A DNA stretch of 64,000 bases, taken from positions 16,242 to 80,241 of the forward strand of contig DASTLB010000022.1 in NCBI GenBank assembly GCA_035715365.1, written 5' to 3'. Of the stretch, positions 29,489 through 38,580 are shown piece after piece. The stretch's first letter is position 1. Every line of letters begins with the position of its first letter. The translations under genes and the position numbers were made by a program. The DNA is from Kofleriaceae bacterium. GTDB lineage: Bacteria > Myxococcota_A > Polyangia > Haliangiales > Haliangiaceae. Below the pieces are notes generated by a model. That model was not told the origin of the DNA and did no database searches. It saw only the letters and a program-made list of their open reading frames with translations.

Positions 29489-30595
29489 CTACTTCGTCGG
29501 CGGCTTCGCGCCGGCGCCGAGCTGCATCGCGAGCCCGGCCTTCTGCCAGAACAGCCAGCTCGCCTTCACCTTGCCGCCCTCGATCCGGTAGACCGCGAGC
29601 ATCGGCAGCGAGACTTGTTTGCCGGTCTTCTTGATCCGCAAGCTCGCGAGGTCGCCGTCGTTCGTGCCTTCGAACGTCTCGACGGCGGCGACGTAGTCTC
29701 CGGCCGCCCACTTCTTGATCGGCGTGAACTTCAGATCGGAGAAGCCCTTCCACAGCGCGGGCATGCTCGCGAGCACGGCCTTCTTGTCGAGGTCCTTGTC
29801 GAGCGCCTGCTCGGACCACACGACGTCGTCGGCGAGCAGCGCGCCGACCGCCTTCGCGTCGTGCTTGTTGATCGCGCCGAGCAGCTCGTCGAACGTCGCG
29901 AGGTTCGCGGTCTCGGTCGCGTCGTGTTTGCTGATCAGCGTGACCTTCGTCGGCCAGCCCTTCGCCGGCACGGGCCGCGCGGGCAGCGGCGACAGTCCGA
30001 GCTGGCTCGGCACGGTCGCGACGTTGTCGTAGTAGCTCGCGTCGTAGGTCAGGCGGCCGCCGCTGTCGAACGTCGCGACGTGGCCCATGAACAGGCCAAC
30101 CTGCTTCTTCGTCGACGCCTGCGTCGCGCGAACGAGCAGGATGCCGATCGCGTCCTGGTCGCTGATCATCAGGAACTGCAGGTCGGCGTGCTCGTCGGGA
30201 AACACCGCGCGGCTCTGCTTCGTCTGCTCGATCTGTGCGGCGACGCCCGTGCGATCCGGCACGCCCGCGCCCGGATCCGCGAACACGGCGTCCGGCTTGT
30301 AGCAGGCCGCGAACAGATCCCACTTCTGGTCGTTGAGGTAGCTCCAGCACTCCTCGTAGCGCTTCGCGAGCTCGTCGCCGGTCTTCGGCGCGACGCTCGA
30401 CCCGGCACCGGGCGCGGCGTCCCACTCGGGCGCGGTCGCGGACGGGTTCGGCTTGCCGCTCATCATCGACGAGCCCATCGCGCCGCCGGGGCCCATCGCA
30501 CCACTCGAGCCGGGCGCCGGCATCATGTCCTCGCCCTGCTTCTCCTTGCAGCCTCCGAGCACGGCGACTGCGAGCACCACCGTCAGGATCTTCAT
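29489..30595 (-). CDS. Lipoprotein with tandem SnoaL/NTF2-like domains
   Basis: MKILTVVLAVAVLGGC lipobox; two NTF2-like halves (…YEECWSYLNDQKWDLFAACY… and …FDELLGAINKHDAKAVGALLADDVVW…); real start is an internal ATG of a longer junk ORF. Confidence 0.65.
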   Translation of the reverse strand: MKILTVVLAVAVLGGCKEKQGEDMMPAPGSSGAMGPGGAMGSSMMSGKPNPSATAPEWDAAPGAGSSVAPKTGDELAKRYEECWSYLNDQKWDLFAACYKPDAVFADPGAGVPDRTGVAAQIEQTKQSRAVFPDEHADLQFLMISDQDAIGILLVRATQASTKKQVGLFMGHVATFDSGGRLTYDASYYDNVATVPSQLGLSPLPARPVPAKGWPTKVTLISKHDATETANLATFDELLGAINKHDAKAVGALLADDVVWSEQALDKDLDKKAVLASMPALWKGFSDLKFTPIKKWAAGDYVAAVETFEGTNDGDLASLRIKKTGKQVSLPMLAVYRIEGGKVKASWLFWQKAGLAMQLGAGAKPPTK

Positions 30596-30657
30596 GACGG
30601 TGCTGTATCGCAGGGGCATATCGATTGCACTTCTCCGTGCATAAAGGAGTGTTTGCA

Positions 30658-31023
30658 ATGCCGAACGAGAAGCAGGACCAGGATCAGCCGAAGCTGGCGC
30701 CGAACCAGCCGCCCGGGACCGAGCGCGCGCGTGACGAGGCGCGCGAAGGTGGCGGGCCGCGCGCGGCCGGCGGACCGTGGGACAAGATGGACGAGCGCGG
30801 CGACAAGCGCTTCGGCCATACGAGACTCGATGACGCCGATCCGCTGGAGCTCGTGCGCGGCGACGGCGAGAACGACGACGACGAATCGCCGGGCGCTGCG
30901 GATCCCGAGCTCGCGGCCGCCGAGGACAATGCCGAGATCGAGAGCGGCGGCGATCGCGCGGGCATGGGGCGCGGCGAGAAGCCGGGCAAGCCGAAGAGCC
31001 GCGCGAACAAGAACGGCCACTGA
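30658..31023 (+). CDS. Small hydrophilic, disordered, Asp/Glu/Gly-rich protein (121 aa)
   Basis: AAAGGAG RBS 9 nt upstream of ATG 30658; low-complexity acidic composition. Confidence 0.5.
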   Translation: MPNEKQDQDQPKLAPNQPPGTERARDEAREGGGPRAAGGPWDKMDERGDKRFGHTRLDDADPLELVRGDGENDDDESPGAADPELAAAEDNAEIESGGDRAGMGRGEKPGKPKSRANKNGH

Positions 31024-31035
31024 GCCGTCGCGTCG

Positions 31036-31791
31036 CTACACCGGCGTGTCGCGCAGGTGCGCGATCACCGGGCCGTGATCGCTCGTGCCGACATCGCGAT
31101 ACGCGACGCAGTGCACGGTCTCGTCGACGAGCGCGGTGCTCGCGCACACGTAGTCGAGCCGCCAGCCGATGTTGCGCTGGCGCATGTTCCGCCACGGTGC
31201 CCACCACGTGAACAGCCGATCGTTGTCGGGATCGACGCGGCGGTGAACGTCGACGAGGCCGTGCGACAGGAACTGCTCGAACAGCGTCCGTTCCTCGTCG
31301 CTCTGGCCGATCATCGGCTTGCGCAGCACGGGATGGACGTCGATCGGTAGCCGCGCGATGTTGAAGTCACCGGCGAGCACGAGGTGGCGGTTCGCTTCCT
31401 TCAGCTCGGCGGCCCACAGCACGAGCTCCTTCCAGAACGCGATCTTCGCCGCGTAGTCCTTGCCGCCGTTCGGGCCATAGACCGAGCCGATCACGAGCGA
31501 GCCGACCTCGGCGACGACGATCCGCGTCTCCATGTCGAACGCCGGATGCACGAACCGCGGCGCGTCGCCCCATGTTCGCTGGCGCAGCATCAGCGCGACG
31601 CCGGAGTAGCCCGCGTGACCGTGCCAGTGGCAGTGATAGCCGGCGACGTCGAGGATGTGGTCGGGGATCTGCTCGAGCGAGGCCTTCGTCTCCTGCAGGC
31701 AGACGACGTCGGGCTCCTCGCGGTCGATCCACGACAGCACCTCGGACGACCGCTTGCGGATCCCGTTGACGTTCCAGGTCGCGACCTTCAC
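31036..31791 (-). CDS. xthA: Exodeoxyribonuclease III (AP endonuclease)
   Basis: MKVATWNVNGIR..., CLQETK, ...SDHGPV signature of ExoIII/APE1 family; 251 aa. Confidence 0.85.
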   Translation of the reverse strand: MKVATWNVNGIRKRSSEVLSWIDREEPDVVCLQETKASLEQIPDHILDVAGYHCHWHGHAGYSGVALMLRQRTWGDAPRFVHPAFDMETRIVVAEVGSLVIGSVYGPNGGKDYAAKIAFWKELVLWAAELKEANRHLVLAGDFNIARLPIDVHPVLRKPMIGQSDEERTLFEQFLSHGLVDVHRRVDPDNDRLFTWWAPWRNMRQRNIGWRLDYVCASTALVDETVHCVAYRDVGTSDHGPVIAHLRDTPV

Positions 31792-31852
31792 GTTCGCGAG
31801 GTAGCACGATTCGACGGATTTTCAGCTGGCGAATCAGCGGGTTCGGCACCAG

Positions 31853-31874
31853 AAAAAACGAACGTTTGCTTTTT
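31853..31874. promoter_or_regulatory. Imperfect palindrome AAAAAACG-AACGTT-TGCTTTTT, candidate TetR operator in the xthA/tetR divergent intergenic region
   Basis: Seen in sequence 29 nt upstream of the TetR start codon; 6/8 arm match around a perfectly palindromic AACGTT core; AT-rich island in a 70% GC genome. Confidence 0.35.
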
Positions 31875-31902
31875 CAAGCGTCGATCTGGTATCGCATCGG
31901 GC

Positions 31903-32505
31903 ATGGCGGTTCGCCGCGTATCGAAGCCGAGCAGCGACCGGATCCTCGAGGCCGCCGAGGACGTGTTCGCCGAGCACGGCTACGGCGAGGTCTCGCTGCG
32001 CCAGCTGATGGCCGCGGCCGGCGTATCGACGACCGCGTTCTACGCGCGGTTCGATTCGAAGGAAGCGGTGATGGCGGCGCTGACGACGCGGCTGTTCAGC
32101 GAGCTCCACGACGAGGCGCCGAGCGTGCTCGATCAGGCGAAGAGCTTCGAGGCCGGCATCGAGCGCGGCGTCGAGTTGCTGTGCGCGAAGTTCGGACCGC
32201 GCAAGCCGCTCGTGCGCGCGATCCTCGCCGAGGCTGGATCGTCGCCGGCGGTCGTCGAAGCGCGCAAGCGCGCGTACGGGCTGCTCGCGGCGTTTCTCGC
32301 CGCGCGGTTCTGGGTGCTCGTCGAGCGCAAGAAGCTCGCGATCGAAGATCCGACCGCGCTCGCGTGGGCGCTCGTCGGTGCGCTCGAGATCCAGATCGTG
32401 CGCTGGGCCGTGTGGGACGACATCGATCTCGAGACGCTGCGGACGTCGCTGCGCGCGGTCGCGCACGCGGTGCTGCCGCGCCGAGCCAGAGGAGACCGGA
32501 CATGA
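31903..32505 (+). CDS. TetR/AcrR-family transcriptional regulator
   Basis: N-terminal HTH (…ILEAAEDVFAEHGYGEVSLRQLMAAAGVSTTAFYARF…); 200 aa; ATGA overlap with the downstream gene. Confidence 0.8.
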   Translation: MAVRRVSKPSSDRILEAAEDVFAEHGYGEVSLRQLMAAAGVSTTAFYARFDSKEAVMAALTTRLFSELHDEAPSVLDQAKSFEAGIERGVELLCAKFGPRKPLVRAILAEAGSSPAVVEARKRAYGLLAAFLAARFWVLVERKKLAIEDPTALAWALVGALEIQIVRWAVWDDIDLETLRTSLRAVAHAVLPRRARGDRT

Positions 32506-34679
32506 AGCACGTCGTGATCGTGAGCTATGGCCTCGCCGCGCTCGTCGCCTGCAGCGATCCCGCCGGCGTCACCGTGAAGCTGAAGATCGGCGACACGGCT
32601 CCGGCGTACGGCGAGACGCCGTTTCCGACCGACGCCGTCCGCGAGGGCGACCGGCTCGGCACGATCGCTGGGCTCGACGCGATCGTCGGCCACAAGGCGG
32701 ACCTCGTCACCGCGCACGTCGCCGCGCTCGACGGCTTCGGGCTGCGGCCGATGGTCGAGTTCTTCGTCGACGGCGACCTCGATCCCGGCTCGATCCCGAC
32801 ACGCACGGCGACGCTCGACGATGCGGTCGGGCTCGTCGATGTCGATCCCGCGTCGCCCGAGCGCGGCCGCGTGATCGCGATGGACTGGCGCTACGACGCC
32901 GATCGCCAGGTCGTCGCCGGCGCGACTGCGAGCGGCGTCGTGCTGCGCGAGGGCACGCGCTACGCCGCCTACGTCACGACACAGCTGCGCGCCGCCGATG
33001 GCGCGGCGCTCGAGCCGGCGCCCGCGCTCGGGTCGCTCGCCGCGCACGATCGCTGGCGCACGACCGCCGACGCGCTCGCCGAGCTCGGCCGCGATGACGT
33101 CGCCGGCATCACCGTGCTGACGACGCAGCACGCCTCGGCACCGCTCGTCGCCGCGCGCAGCGCACTCGCCGAGCTGCCGCCGCCGGTGCTCGCGTTCGAC
33201 AACCCGGCCGTGATCTTCAAGGGCCAGGCCGCGCTCGATCGCGTGATGGGTCAGGCCGCGCGCGCGACCGACGGGCCGCGAGCCGGGCTCGAGCGCTGGG
33301 GCAGCGACAACCCGAGCGGCATCGCGCACGATCACGTCGGCGTCGTCGCGACCGGTACCATCACGATCGCGCGGTTCCGCGGCGACGACACGAAGACCGA
33401 GCTGCCCGACGACGAGACGTTCGCGGTCGCCGCCGAGGGCACGCCGAAGCTCGTCGCGATCGAGGCGATCCCGATCACGATCATCCTGCCCGCGACCGCG
33501 CCGCCGCAGGCCGGTTATCCGGTCGTGATCTACGGCCATGGCCTCGGCGCGAGTCGCGATCAGCTGCTCGCGTTCGCGGAGCCGCTGACGTCGCAGGGCT
33601 ACGCCCTCGTCGGCATCGACATGTTCGGCCACGGCTCGCGGTTCGATCCGCACGACGCGATCACGAACATGTCGAGCCGCCCCGAGTTCACCGGCGTCGT
33701 GTCGCTGCCCGACGGCTTCGGCGACACCACCGGGCCGACGACGCAGCTCGACTTCTTCGAGGGCTTCCTGAACGTCGCCGCCGTGCGCGACTCGATCCGG
33801 CAGTCCGCGCTCGATCTGTCGCGCGTCGTCCAGCTGCTGCGCCAGCCGGCGCTCGATCTGTCGGCGCTCGGCGCGAACGCGCGGCTCGATCCGACGAAGA
33901 TCGCGTACCTCGGCGAGTCGTTCGGCACCGTCGTCGGCACGGTGTTCGCGGCGATCGAGCCCGACATCGATCTCTACGTGCTCGACGTCCCCGGCGGCGG
34001 CATCCTCGATCTGATCCTGCCGAACAGCCCCGAGATCAGCACGCTCGCGCTGCCGCTGATCGAGGGCATCTACAACCCGCGCGGTACGGTCGGTCGGTTC
34101 CATCCGCTGATCCACCTGATGCAGGCGGTGATGGACGGCGCCGATCCGCTGACCTACGCGCCGCACGTGCTGCGCGATCGGTTCACGATCGCCGGTGAGC
34201 CGCTCGGGCCGCGCAGCCTCGTCGCGATCGAGGTCGTCGGCGACCAGGTGCTGTCGAACCGTGGCACCGACGCGCTCGCGCAGGCGCTCGGGCTCGCCGC
34301 GCTGTCGCCGCACCTCGACATCCCCGACGGCGTCCCGTCGCTCGACGCGCCGGCGAGCGCGAACGTCGACGGCCAGACCGGCGTGCTCGTGCAGTATTCG
34401 CCGGCGACCCACGGCGGCAACTGGCAAAGCGAGTACGGCACGCTGCGGTTCGCGCCGGGGTTTCCGGTCGACGGCGACGATCCGTTCCCGCGGCTCGACG
34501 CGCCGGTGACGATCGCGAACCCGATCTACGAGTGTCAGGATCAGGTCGCGCAGATCCTCGCGAGCCACCGCACCGGCGTGCCGGTCGTGCCGATCACGAA
34601 GGCCCCGGTCGCCGACTTCGACGGGGACGGCGTGCCCGACGCGACCGACGCGCACCCGGTCGATCCGACGCAGCCCTGA
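32502..34679 (+). CDS. Secreted lipoprotein, alpha/beta-hydrolase-like (725 aa)
   Basis: MKHVVIVSYGLAALVACS lipobox; GHGLGASRDQ and GESFG (GxSxG) motifs; GAGGAG RBS; paralog of 59477..61456. Confidence 0.7.
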   Translation: MKHVVIVSYGLAALVACSDPAGVTVKLKIGDTAPAYGETPFPTDAVREGDRLGTIAGLDAIVGHKADLVTAHVAALDGFGLRPMVEFFVDGDLDPGSIPTRTATLDDAVGLVDVDPASPERGRVIAMDWRYDADRQVVAGATASGVVLREGTRYAAYVTTQLRAADGAALEPAPALGSLAAHDRWRTTADALAELGRDDVAGITVLTTQHASAPLVAARSALAELPPPVLAFDNPAVIFKGQAALDRVMGQAARATDGPRAGLERWGSDNPSGIAHDHVGVVATGTITIARFRGDDTKTELPDDETFAVAAEGTPKLVAIEAIPITIILPATAPPQAGYPVVIYGHGLGASRDQLLAFAEPLTSQGYALVGIDMFGHGSRFDPHDAITNMSSRPEFTGVVSLPDGFGDTTGPTTQLDFFEGFLNVAAVRDSIRQSALDLSRVVQLLRQPALDLSALGANARLDPTKIAYLGESFGTVVGTVFAAIEPDIDLYVLDVPGGGILDLILPNSPEISTLALPLIEGIYNPRGTVGRFHPLIHLMQAVMDGADPLTYAPHVLRDRFTIAGEPLGPRSLVAIEVVGDQVLSNRGTDALAQALGLAALSPHLDIPDGVPSLDAPASANVDGQTGVLVQYSPATHGGNWQSEYGTLRFAPGFPVDGDDPFPRLDAPVTIANPIYECQDQVAQILASHRTGVPVVPITKAPVADFDGDGVPDATDAHPVDPTQP

Positions 34680-35513
34680 TCAATCGTCGAGGCCGGCGAG
34701 CGGATCGGATCGGTGATCGTCGATCTCGCCGTGGACCTCGCCGAGCTCGGCGCGGTCCTCGATCGGCGGCGGCGCGACGACGAGCGCGCGTCCGAGATCG
34801 TCGAGCGGCAGCAGCTCGGCGATCACCGGCTGCTCGCGCGGCTTCGCGATCTGCGCGCGGTACGGAAAGCCGATCGCGCACACGACGACCTCGCCGCGCT
34901 TGCGGCCGAGCGCGGGCTCGGGCGGCAGCCACGCGAACGCCGGGCAGCCCTCGGCATCGATCGCGGCATCGACCGGCTCGACCGGGCTCGCGAGCTGCAG
35001 CGTGCGATCGCTCATCCCGCCGGCATCGTCGCGATCGACGAAGATCGGCAGCAGCGTGCGGGTGAAGCCGGCGGCGGTCTGCTCGATCCGGCAGAACGCG
35101 GCCGGCGCGCCGTGCGTGCTGACGCTCGCGCACACGCTGCCGACCGCCAGCGGCACGACATCGTGGCCGTCGGGAATCGCGCCACCGAGCTCGACGATGC
35201 CGATCCCGACGTAGTGGCCCATGAACCAGCTCGCCATCGGGATCTGCGCGGAGCCATCGAGCTTCGTCACGATCGCGAGCGGCGCGCCTTGCAGCGGACG
35301 CACGAGCTCGGCGCTCGTCACGCCGACGACGCGATCACCGTTCGCGACGAGCGTCACCGCACCGACGAGCTGCGCCGGCGACGTCGTCGTCACGAGCGGC
35401 GCGACCGCGCGTAGCTCGGGTGCTGCCGGATCGGGTCGCACGGCGGCAGACTGGCATGGCGCCCCGTGATGCTTCAATGCCGGCGTGCGCCCAGACCGTG
35501 CGCCGGCGCCCAT
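34680..35513 (-). CDS. Hypothetical protein (~277 aa)
   Basis: C-terminal part of a 1290-aa track ORF has natural composition (W, F, Y, H, C, K present) while the rest is Arg-rich junk; start ATG 35513 or GTG 35441. Confidence 0.4.
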   Translation of the reverse strand: MGAGARSGRTPALKHHGAPCQSAAVRPDPAAPELRAVAPLVTTTSPAQLVGAVTLVANGDRVVGVTSAELVRPLQGAPLAIVTKLDGSAQIPMASWFMGHYVGIGIVELGGAIPDGHDVVPLAVGSVCASVSTHGAPAAFCRIEQTAAGFTRTLLPIFVDRDDAGGMSDRTLQLASPVEPVDAAIDAEGCPAFAWLPPEPALGRKRGEVVVCAIGFPYRAQIAKPREQPVIAELLPLDDLGRALVVAPPPIEDRAELGEVHGEIDDHRSDPLAGLDD

Positions 35514-35582
35514 CGATCGTGTCGCGTGGCGCGGCGAAGATCGAGAGTTATCCCGGCACGACGCGTGCAGAACCCTGCGGAC

Positions 35583-36215
35583 ATGAACGATCAGCGAGAT
35601 GCGTACATGATGCGACGACCGCGACGTTACAAGATCGTCGTCGGCATCGATCTCTCGGAGTACTCGGACATCGTGCTCGAGCACGCGCTCGATCAGGCGG
35701 CGCGACACGATGCACCGGAGATCCACCTGCTGACCGTCCGCGAGAAGCGCAAGCCGTCCTCCGACGAGGTCAAGCAGGCGCTGTGGGAGCGCGTGTACGG
35801 ACCGCTCGAGGCGTTCAACCGCCACGGCACCGACTGGCGCGCACAGCTGCACGTGCGGCGCGGCAAGCCCGACGAGCAGATCGCGCAGCTCGCCGCCGAG
35901 ATCCGCGCAGATCTGATCGTGATCGGTCAGTTCGGCCTGCACAACCCGCGCTCGGCGGCGAAGAACCTGCCGAACCGGATCCTGCACGCCGCGGTGTGCC
36001 CGACGCTCGTCGTCGGCATGCCCGAGGTGCTCGACACGAAGCAGTGCCCGGTGTGCGTCGCGGTCCGCGAGGACTCCGACGGCGAGACCTGGTTCTGCGA
36101 CGAGCACTCGGCGAGCGGCCGCAAGCTCGAGCGCGAGCAGGAGCGCACGCCGATGACCGTGTGGAACCAGGGTCGGTTCGCCGTGATCAACGGCGGCGCG
36201 AACCGCGCGGCCTAG
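35583..36215 (+). CDS. Universal stress protein (UspA family) with C-terminal Cys4 zinc-ribbon-like motif
   Basis: YKIVVGIDLSEYSD...LLTV...ADLIVIG pattern of the USP fold; CPVC...CDEH at C-terminus; start may be 35607. Confidence 0.7.
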   Translation: MNDQRDAYMMRRPRRYKIVVGIDLSEYSDIVLEHALDQAARHDAPEIHLLTVREKRKPSSDEVKQALWERVYGPLEAFNRHGTDWRAQLHVRRGKPDEQIAQLAAEIRADLIVIGQFGLHNPRSAAKNLPNRILHAAVCPTLVVGMPEVLDTKQCPVCVAVREDSDGETWFCDEHSASGRKLEREQERTPMTVWNQGRFAVINGGANRAA

Positions 36216-36248
36216 CATCGCGTCGTCGCGCCGTGGCACGCTCGTGCC

Positions 36249-37577
36249 ATGGAGACGACGCTCGATCGCGATACCGCCACGCCCCGCAGCGTGCCAGAGC
36301 TGCCGACGGTGCGCGGCGTGCTGCGGTCCGCGTTCCGGCGGCTGATGCGGCTGTACTTTCGCGACATCGAGCGCGTCGGCGAGCCGCCCGGACCGGACAC
36401 GCGCGGTCGCGTGATCGTGTCGAACCACACGAACGCGCTGATCGATCCGATCCTCGTGCTGACCGACGCGGCGTGCGAGATCTCGCCGGTCGCGAAGTCG
36501 ACGCTGTGGTCGATCCCCGGCCTCAAGTGGCTGCTCGATCGCGCCGGTGCGGTGCCGATCGTGCGCCGCAAGGACACGCCGGACAAGGACGCGACCGCGA
36601 ACACCGCGATCTTCGAGCGCGTCGCGCAGCACCTCTCCGGCGGCGGCAACATCCTGATCTTTCCCGAGGGCACGAGCCACAGCGAGCCCCGGCTCGCGCC
36701 GCTGCGCAGCGGTGCCGCGCGCATGCTGCTCGCCGCCGAGCGGGAGCGCGGCGTCGCGCCGACGTTTCAGGCCGCGGCGCTCGAGTTCGACGCGCGCACC
36801 GAGTTCCGGTCGCGCTGCCTCGTGCTGTGGGGGCCGGTGCGCCGGTTCGCCGACGTGCCGGGCGACACCGCCGAGGACCGCGTGCGCGCCGCGACCGCGC
36901 TGATGCACCACGATCTGTCCGAGCTGCTCGTCGAAGGCGAGAGTCACGACGAGCGGCTGCGCGTCGCGCGCGTCGCCGAGCTGCTCGCGAACGACGACGG
37001 CGATCGCTCGCTCGGCACGTGGAGCGGCCTCGGCCGCCAGGTCGAGCTCGCGAATCGCACGCTGCGCGACGTCGATGCGACGCTCGTCGCGAGCGTCGGC
37101 GCTCACGTCGATCGCTACTACGCCGAGCTCGAGCGGCTCGGGCTCGACGACGTGCAGATCGCGCGCAGCCGCGTGATCGAGCACGCACCGGCGCAGCCGC
37201 GCTGGAAGCAGCTCGCGCTCGCGCCGCTCGCCGCGACCGGTGTCGCGCTGTACGCGATCCCGTACTTCATCCCGCGGCTCGTCGCGCGCTCGCAGGATCC
37301 GGACGCGATCTCGACGTTCAAGCTCGGCGCGGCGCTCGTCGTCTACCCGCTGTGGATGGGCGGCCTCGTCGCCGGTGCGCTCGTGCTGCTCCCGCCGCCG
37401 CTGTCGCTCGTCGCCGCTGCGATCGCGATCGCGTCGCCATTCGCCGCGCTGCGCTGGCTCGATGCCTGGTACACGCACACCGCCGAGCCAACGCCCGAGG
37501 AGATCGCGCAGCTCGCCCGGCTGCGGATCGCCGCGCGCACCGCGATCGACGAGGCGCGCCGCCGGCTGCCGAGCTGA
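36249..37577 (+). CDS. Lysophospholipid (1-acyl-sn-glycerol-3-phosphate) acyltransferase, PlsC family, with C-terminal TM extension
   Basis: HxxxxD motif NHTNALID; FPEGTS motif; hydrophobic C-terminal region. Confidence 0.75.
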   Translation: METTLDRDTATPRSVPELPTVRGVLRSAFRRLMRLYFRDIERVGEPPGPDTRGRVIVSNHTNALIDPILVLTDAACEISPVAKSTLWSIPGLKWLLDRAGAVPIVRRKDTPDKDATANTAIFERVAQHLSGGGNILIFPEGTSHSEPRLAPLRSGAARMLLAAERERGVAPTFQAAALEFDARTEFRSRCLVLWGPVRRFADVPGDTAEDRVRAATALMHHDLSELLVEGESHDERLRVARVAELLANDDGDRSLGTWSGLGRQVELANRTLRDVDATLVASVGAHVDRYYAELERLGLDDVQIARSRVIEHAPAQPRWKQLALAPLAATGVALYAIPYFIPRLVARSQDPDAISTFKLGAALVVYPLWMGGLVAGALVLLPPPLSLVAAAIAIASPFAALRWLDAWYTHTAEPTPEEIAQLARLRIAARTAIDEARRRLPS

Positions 37578-37622
37578 TCCAAAATTGCCGCAACACCGCG
37601 GCCGCCCTGCCGTCGTCCAGAC

Positions 37623-38525
37623 GTGATCCGTTCGCTCGTCGTCGTCGTCATCGTCTGGCTCGCCCTCGTGACGCCTGCCGCCGCGGCTTCGACCGAGGAC
37701 ACGTGGCTCGCCGGCCTCACCGATCGCGTCGTCGACGATCTCGCGCACGGCAAGCCACTGGTCGTCGAGATCCACGTCCCGCTGTGCGACAACTCGATCA
37801 TCGCGTGCGGCAACGCGAAGCTCGGCGACGGCGATAACCCGGACACGAACCTGTACTGGTGGACGACACCGGGGTTCGGCAGCTGGTTCGCGCGCAAGGG
37901 CACCGGCTGGAAGCGCGTCCTCAAGCAGCGCGGCGAGGCAACCGGCGACAAGGACGTCGTCGCGGTCGAGGTCTACCGGCGATCGATCACGGCACCGGCG
38001 GCGTGGCAACAGCGCGGCGTCGGCAAGACGTTCCCGCTCGTGCTCGTGATCCACGGCTGGCGTGGCAAGGCGATCGATCGCGCGCTCGCCGCGTACGCGG
38101 CCGACCTGTCCGACGGCCCCGCACGCACGGTCACGCTCGACGATGGCTCGAAGATCGCCGCCGGCGGCGCCGCGCAGCTCGTCGCGTGGGTCGGCCACAA
38201 CCGGCTGATGGATCTCGACGACTACGCGTGGCCGAAGCCGCCCGCGAGGCCGATCGGCATGCTCGCGATCGCGTGCGCGACCGCGCCGTACATGGAGGCC
38301 GACGTCGCGGGCTCGTCGCGCGTGCCACTGCTGATGACGCGCGACCTGCTGTTCGCGAACGCGGCGCCGCTCGAGGCGACCGTGCTCGCGTTCGTCACAG
38401 GAGGTGGCTACGCGCGGATGCGCGCCGACGCGACGGCGGCGTATGCGAAAGTCCAGGAGCGGCCGGTCGCAAAGGTTGCGGGCGTGTTCACGAACCCCGC
38501 GGATCGACGGTGGACGAAGCGCTGA
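37623..38525 (+). CDS. Secreted hypothetical protein
   Basis: Signal peptide MIRSLVVVVIVWLALVTPAAAA; GTG start. Confidence 0.55.
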   Translation: MIRSLVVVVIVWLALVTPAAAASTEDTWLAGLTDRVVDDLAHGKPLVVEIHVPLCDNSIIACGNAKLGDGDNPDTNLYWWTTPGFGSWFARKGTGWKRVLKQRGEATGDKDVVAVEVYRRSITAPAAWQQRGVGKTFPLVLVIHGWRGKAIDRALAAYAADLSDGPARTVTLDDGSKIAAGGAAQLVAWVGHNRLMDLDDYAWPKPPARPIGMLAIACATAPYMEADVAGSSRVPLLMTRDLLFANAAPLEATVLAFVTGGGYARMRADATAAYAKVQERPVAKVAGVFTNPADRRWTKR

Positions 38526-38580
38526 CCGGCGCGCCGGCGATTTCTCGATCAAATGTGCGGACCGCGGCCATCACGGGCAT

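Noticed and set aside
34680-38552. 1290-aa minus-strand ORF, and similar very long ORFs (12685..16383 minus, 12984..16346 plus, 4292..6367 plus, 3711..5399 minus, 40181..41716 minus, 41433..43844 plus, 20273..22393 plus, 47896..50049 plus, 8329..9903 plus)
   Set aside because: Composition dominated by Arg/Ala/Gly/Asp/Pro with almost no Lys/Ile/Phe/Tyr/Asn. This is the typical stop-free antisense or shifted-frame reading of 70% GC coding DNA, and they overlap well-supported genes in another frame. Only the 3' 834 nt of 34680..38552 was kept, as a possible real gene.
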